A DNA stretch of 32,000 bases. It comes from Halorhodospira halophila SL1. GTDB lineage: Bacteria; Pseudomonadota; Gammaproteobacteria; Nitrococcales; Halorhodospiraceae. The notes under the pieces are model-generated. The model was given only the letters and a program-made list of their open reading frames with translations, did no database searches and was not told the origin of the DNA. Every line of letters starts with the position of its first letter. Within the stretch, counting starts at the first letter, position 1. This document shows positions 30,201 to 32,000 of this stretch, piece after piece. A program made the translations under genes and the position numbers. The stretch spans positions 1,080,001 through 1,112,000 of the forward strand of contig NC_008789.1 in assembly GCF_000015585.1 (NCBI RefSeq), written 5' to 3'.

Positions 30201-32000
30201 ATCGAACCGGCCCGCCCCCTCCCAGGACAGGCCGAAGTCGTGAATCCAGCACACCGGGGCGTCGGCGGCTAGGACCTCGAAGGGCTGCTCATCGACCACC
30301 CGCAGCCCCATGTGCTCGAGCACCGGCAGGGCGTCGGAGAGGCTGGCCGGCCGGGCCCCGTGGAAGAGCTTGAAGCGCAGCCCCCCGTCACCGGCCTCCA
30401 GGGGGTGGTAGAGGACCATCTGCGGGCCCACCCCGGCGTTGACGCGCTCGACCCGCTCGACATCCTGGGCCGCCACACGGGTGGGCACCGTCTGCCGGTA
30501 AGCCACCGGGAAGGCGTCGGCGTAGCGCTGCGCCAGGCGGCTCCCCTGCTCCTCGCCCAGGCGCTCCTGCAGGGCCTCCTGGAGGCCGTCCGCCCAGGAG
30601 CGGACGGCCTCGGCCAGGCGCTGCTCCAGGGCCCGCAGGTTGACGTCGGGCACACCGGGCCCCGGCAGCGGCAGGATGAAACGGATCCGGGCCAGCAGCG
30701 ACTCACCGAGCTGCACGCTGAAATCGCTCTCCGGCGCCCCCAGGGCCTGCTCCAGGCAACCCTGGATGCGCTGCCGGTTGGCGGTGTCGTAGCGCTCCCG
30801 GGGGACGTAGACCAGGCAGGAGGCGAAGCGCTGCCAGGGGTCGTAGCGCACCAGCAGGCGCACCCGGGGGCGCTCGCGCAGGTGCAGCACAGCGCGGGCG
30901 ATGCGCTCGAGTTCGTCGACGTCGATCTGAAACAGCTCGTCCCGGGGATAGGTCTCGAGGATGTTGAGCAGCGCCTTACCGGCGTGACTCTCCGGCGGGT
31001 AGCCGGCACGCTGGAGGACTGCCGCCACCTTGCGCCGCAGGAGCGGGATCTCCTGGGCACTGCGGTAGTAGGCTGCCGAGGTGTAGAGGCCGAGGAAGCG
31101 GTGCTCCCCCACCACCCGCCCCTGCTCGTCAAAGCGCTTGACCCCCAGGTAGTCCATGGGCCCGGGACGGTGTACCGGCGAGCGCGAATTGGACTGGGTG
31201 AGGATCAGCGGCTCGGGCTCCAGGGCACGCTGCTGCACCTCTGGCGGGAGGGCCGCGAAACGCACCGAGACGTCGGCCGGGGCGTCGCGCAGGATCCCGT
31301 ACGCCCCTTCCGGCTCCGGCACCAGGCAGAGACCGTCGTCGCCCTGGCAGAGGCGGTAGGCGCGGTAGCCGATGAACGTGAAGTGGTGCTCGGCGGCCCA
31401 GCGCAGGAAGGCGTCCACCTCGGCCCGCTCGGCGGCGGCCAGCGCCGGCGGCGGACGCTCCTGGAGCTCGTCGGCGGCGGCCAGGAGCCGGCTGCGCATG
31501 CATCGCCAGTCGTCCACCACGGTGGCCACGTCTGCGAGCACCGCCTGCAGTCGCTGCCGCAGGCGCTCGAGCTCCTCCGGGGCTGTGCGCCGATCGACCT
31601 CGAAGTGCATGAACGCCGTCAGCGGGGCGTCGGGATCGTCCACCGGATCGACGCCCTCGCCCTGCTCGCGCTGCCACACCGCCAGCACCGGATGGAACAG
31701 CCGGTGAATGGTCAGCCCCTGCTGCTGCAGGGCCATGGTCACAGAGTCGATCAGGAAGGCCCGGTCGTCGACCACCAGGTCAACCACTGTATGCCGGCTC
31801 TCCCAGCCGTGCTGCTCGGGATCCGGGTTGTAGACGTGGATGGCCGACTCGCCGGGCGAGCGACGGCCGGCCAGGCGCCAGTGGGCCACGGCCGCGCCGA
31901 AGAGGTCCTCGGGGGTCCGATCCTCCAGATCCTCGGCGGCCACTCGGGCGTGGTAGCGGACCAGGAACCGCCCCAGATCGTCCGCCTGCTGCTGGGGCCA
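27246..32000 (-). CDS. gdhB: Large NAD-specific glutamate dehydrogenase (Bac_GDH family, ~1600 aa); the 5' end runs off the window
   Basis: The frame stays open beyond the ORF-track start (31943) to base 32000. It reads WPQQQADDLGRFLVRYHARVAAEDLEDR, the conserved N-terminal region of this family. The catalytic block VPVGAKGGFVVK is present and 1584 codons lie in the window. Confidence 0.9.
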   Translation of the reverse strand, partial: WPQQQADDLGRFLVRYHARVAAEDLEDRTPEDLFGAAVAHWRLAGRRSPGESAIHVYNPDPEQHGWESRHTVVDLVVDDRAFLIDSVTMALQQQGLTIHRLFHPVLAVWQREQGEGVDPVDDPDAPLTAFMHFEVDRRTAPEELERLRQRLQAVLADVATVVDDWRCMRSRLLAAADELQERPPPALAAAERAEVDAFLRWAAEHHFTFIGYRAYRLCQGDDGLCLVPEPEGAYGILRDAPADVSVRFAALPPEVQQRALEPEPLILTQSNSRSPVHRPGPMDYLGVKRFDEQGRVVGEHRFLGLYTSAAYYRSAQEIPLLRRKVAAVLQRAGYPPESHAGKALLNILETYPRDELFQIDVDELERIARAVLHLRERPRVRLLVRYDPWQRFASCLVYVPRERYDTANRQRIQGCLEQALGAPESDFSVQLGESLLARIRFILPLPGPGVPDVNLRALEQRLAEAVRSWADGLQEALQERLGEEQGSRLAQRYADAFPVAYRQTVPTRVAAQDVERVERVNAGVGPQMVLYHPLEAGDGGLRFKLFHGARPASLSDALPVLEHMGLRVVDEQPFEVLAADAPVCWIHDFGLSWEGAGRFDTQSVAERFRDAFAAVWAQAAESDGFNRLVLAAGLDWREVALLRAYARYLRQIGSAFSQAYMAETLAAHPRIAALLVALFHARFDPERADAERAAAEVVAIREALHGVASLDQDRILRQLLAALEATVRTNHYAVQPGAPLALKLRPAGIPDLPRPVPWAEVFVYAPAFEGVHLRGGEVARGGLRWSTRREDYRSEVLGLMKAQIVKNAAIVPVGAKGGFVVKDLPEAGAAQREAVRAAYRAYIDALLQITDNLRDGRAVAPQGVLRHDGDDPYLVVAADKGTASFSDLANSVSAAHAFWLDDAFASGGSAGYDHKAMGITARGAWESVRRHFRELGRDVQRESVTVVGIGDMSGDVFGNGMLCSEQIRLLAAFDHRHVFIDPEPDPARAYAERQRLFALEASSWADYDPDRISAGGGVYPRSAKSVSLSAEACRALGIETAELTPDELIQAVLRAPVDLLWNGGIGTYVKAREQSHAEVGDKATDSVRVDARQLRCRVVGEGGNLGFTQAARVEYAAAGGRINTDAIDNVGGVACSDYEVNIKILLNGARDDGELTGRHRDALLAEMTEQVAERVLETCRAQAGALSLAEAEAPARLDEHVELMRRLERDGILDRSLEGLPDDEALAERAARGVGLLRPELAVLLAYAKIVTQRELRATALLDEAFMEPLLFEYFPPALGERYPERIRRHRLRRELIATAAANRVVNRMGETFCVRMAARSGCAVAEVVRAWYVAEAMFGLDTAWEGVEARVDDVEHAVVTERLQGLRDLHEHATLWLLRNAGAEVGEAGAAAAVARVQPSLQRLSEHLVELLPDAQADALMAEGQRLEQAGLPPALARRVAALPALYPALDWVKVAEATGADELAIAASYFQLVERLGLAELRHRLERLEAQDGWQVRFREGLVADYDLQLRGLTAQLVTARGADPAAVEPLLDERRVAVERLQAVLTEVQQGAAPGSAVLAVAVQELKALVQVGDARRFSEP

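Noticed and set aside
24734-30272. Series of long + strand ORFs (24734..26401, 26376..27980, 28131..30272) opposite maeB, the hydrolase and gdhB
   Set aside because: All are antisense to genes with strong family signatures, have low-complexity high-GC composition and lack motifs.

Overview
High-GC (roughly two-thirds G+C by eye), densely packed core-genome window from a gammaproteobacterium. The many acidic linkers and tails suggest a halophile, possibly Ectothiorhodospiraceae-like, but that is inference only. I call 25 protein genes in blocks whose order matches well-known conserved clusters. (1) Cell-wall and lipoate block, + strand: mrdA (5'-truncated)-rodA-mltB-rlpA-dacA-dat-ybeD-lipB. 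(2) A tightly spaced minus-strand string: amgK-murU-GCS2-type carboxylate-amine ligase-M14/AstE-type amidohydrolase. (3) lptD-surA-pdxA, divergent from amgK. (4) argH-rsmA on the minus strand, convergent with pdxA. (5) hemC-hemD-hemX-hemY. (6) Minus strand: gdhB (giant NAD-glutamate dehydrogenase, 5' end beyond the window)-alpha/beta hydrolase-maeB. I found no rRNA, tRNA, CRISPR array, transposase, integrase, phage gene or recognisable defence gene. Most long extra ORFs in the track are antisense shadows typical of high-GC DNA. Two observations are worth follow-up. The first is a ~300-bp imperfect palindrome with perfect 36-bp G-rich arms that fills the pdxA/rsmA gap, exactly where the usual lptD-surA-pdxA-rsmA co-linearity is broken. 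The second is an uncharacterised amidoligase/amidohydrolase pair apparently co-transcribed with the MurNAc-recycling genes amgK-murU. Otherwise this is an ordinary housekeeping region, and I see no compelling evidence for a wholly new multi-gene system.
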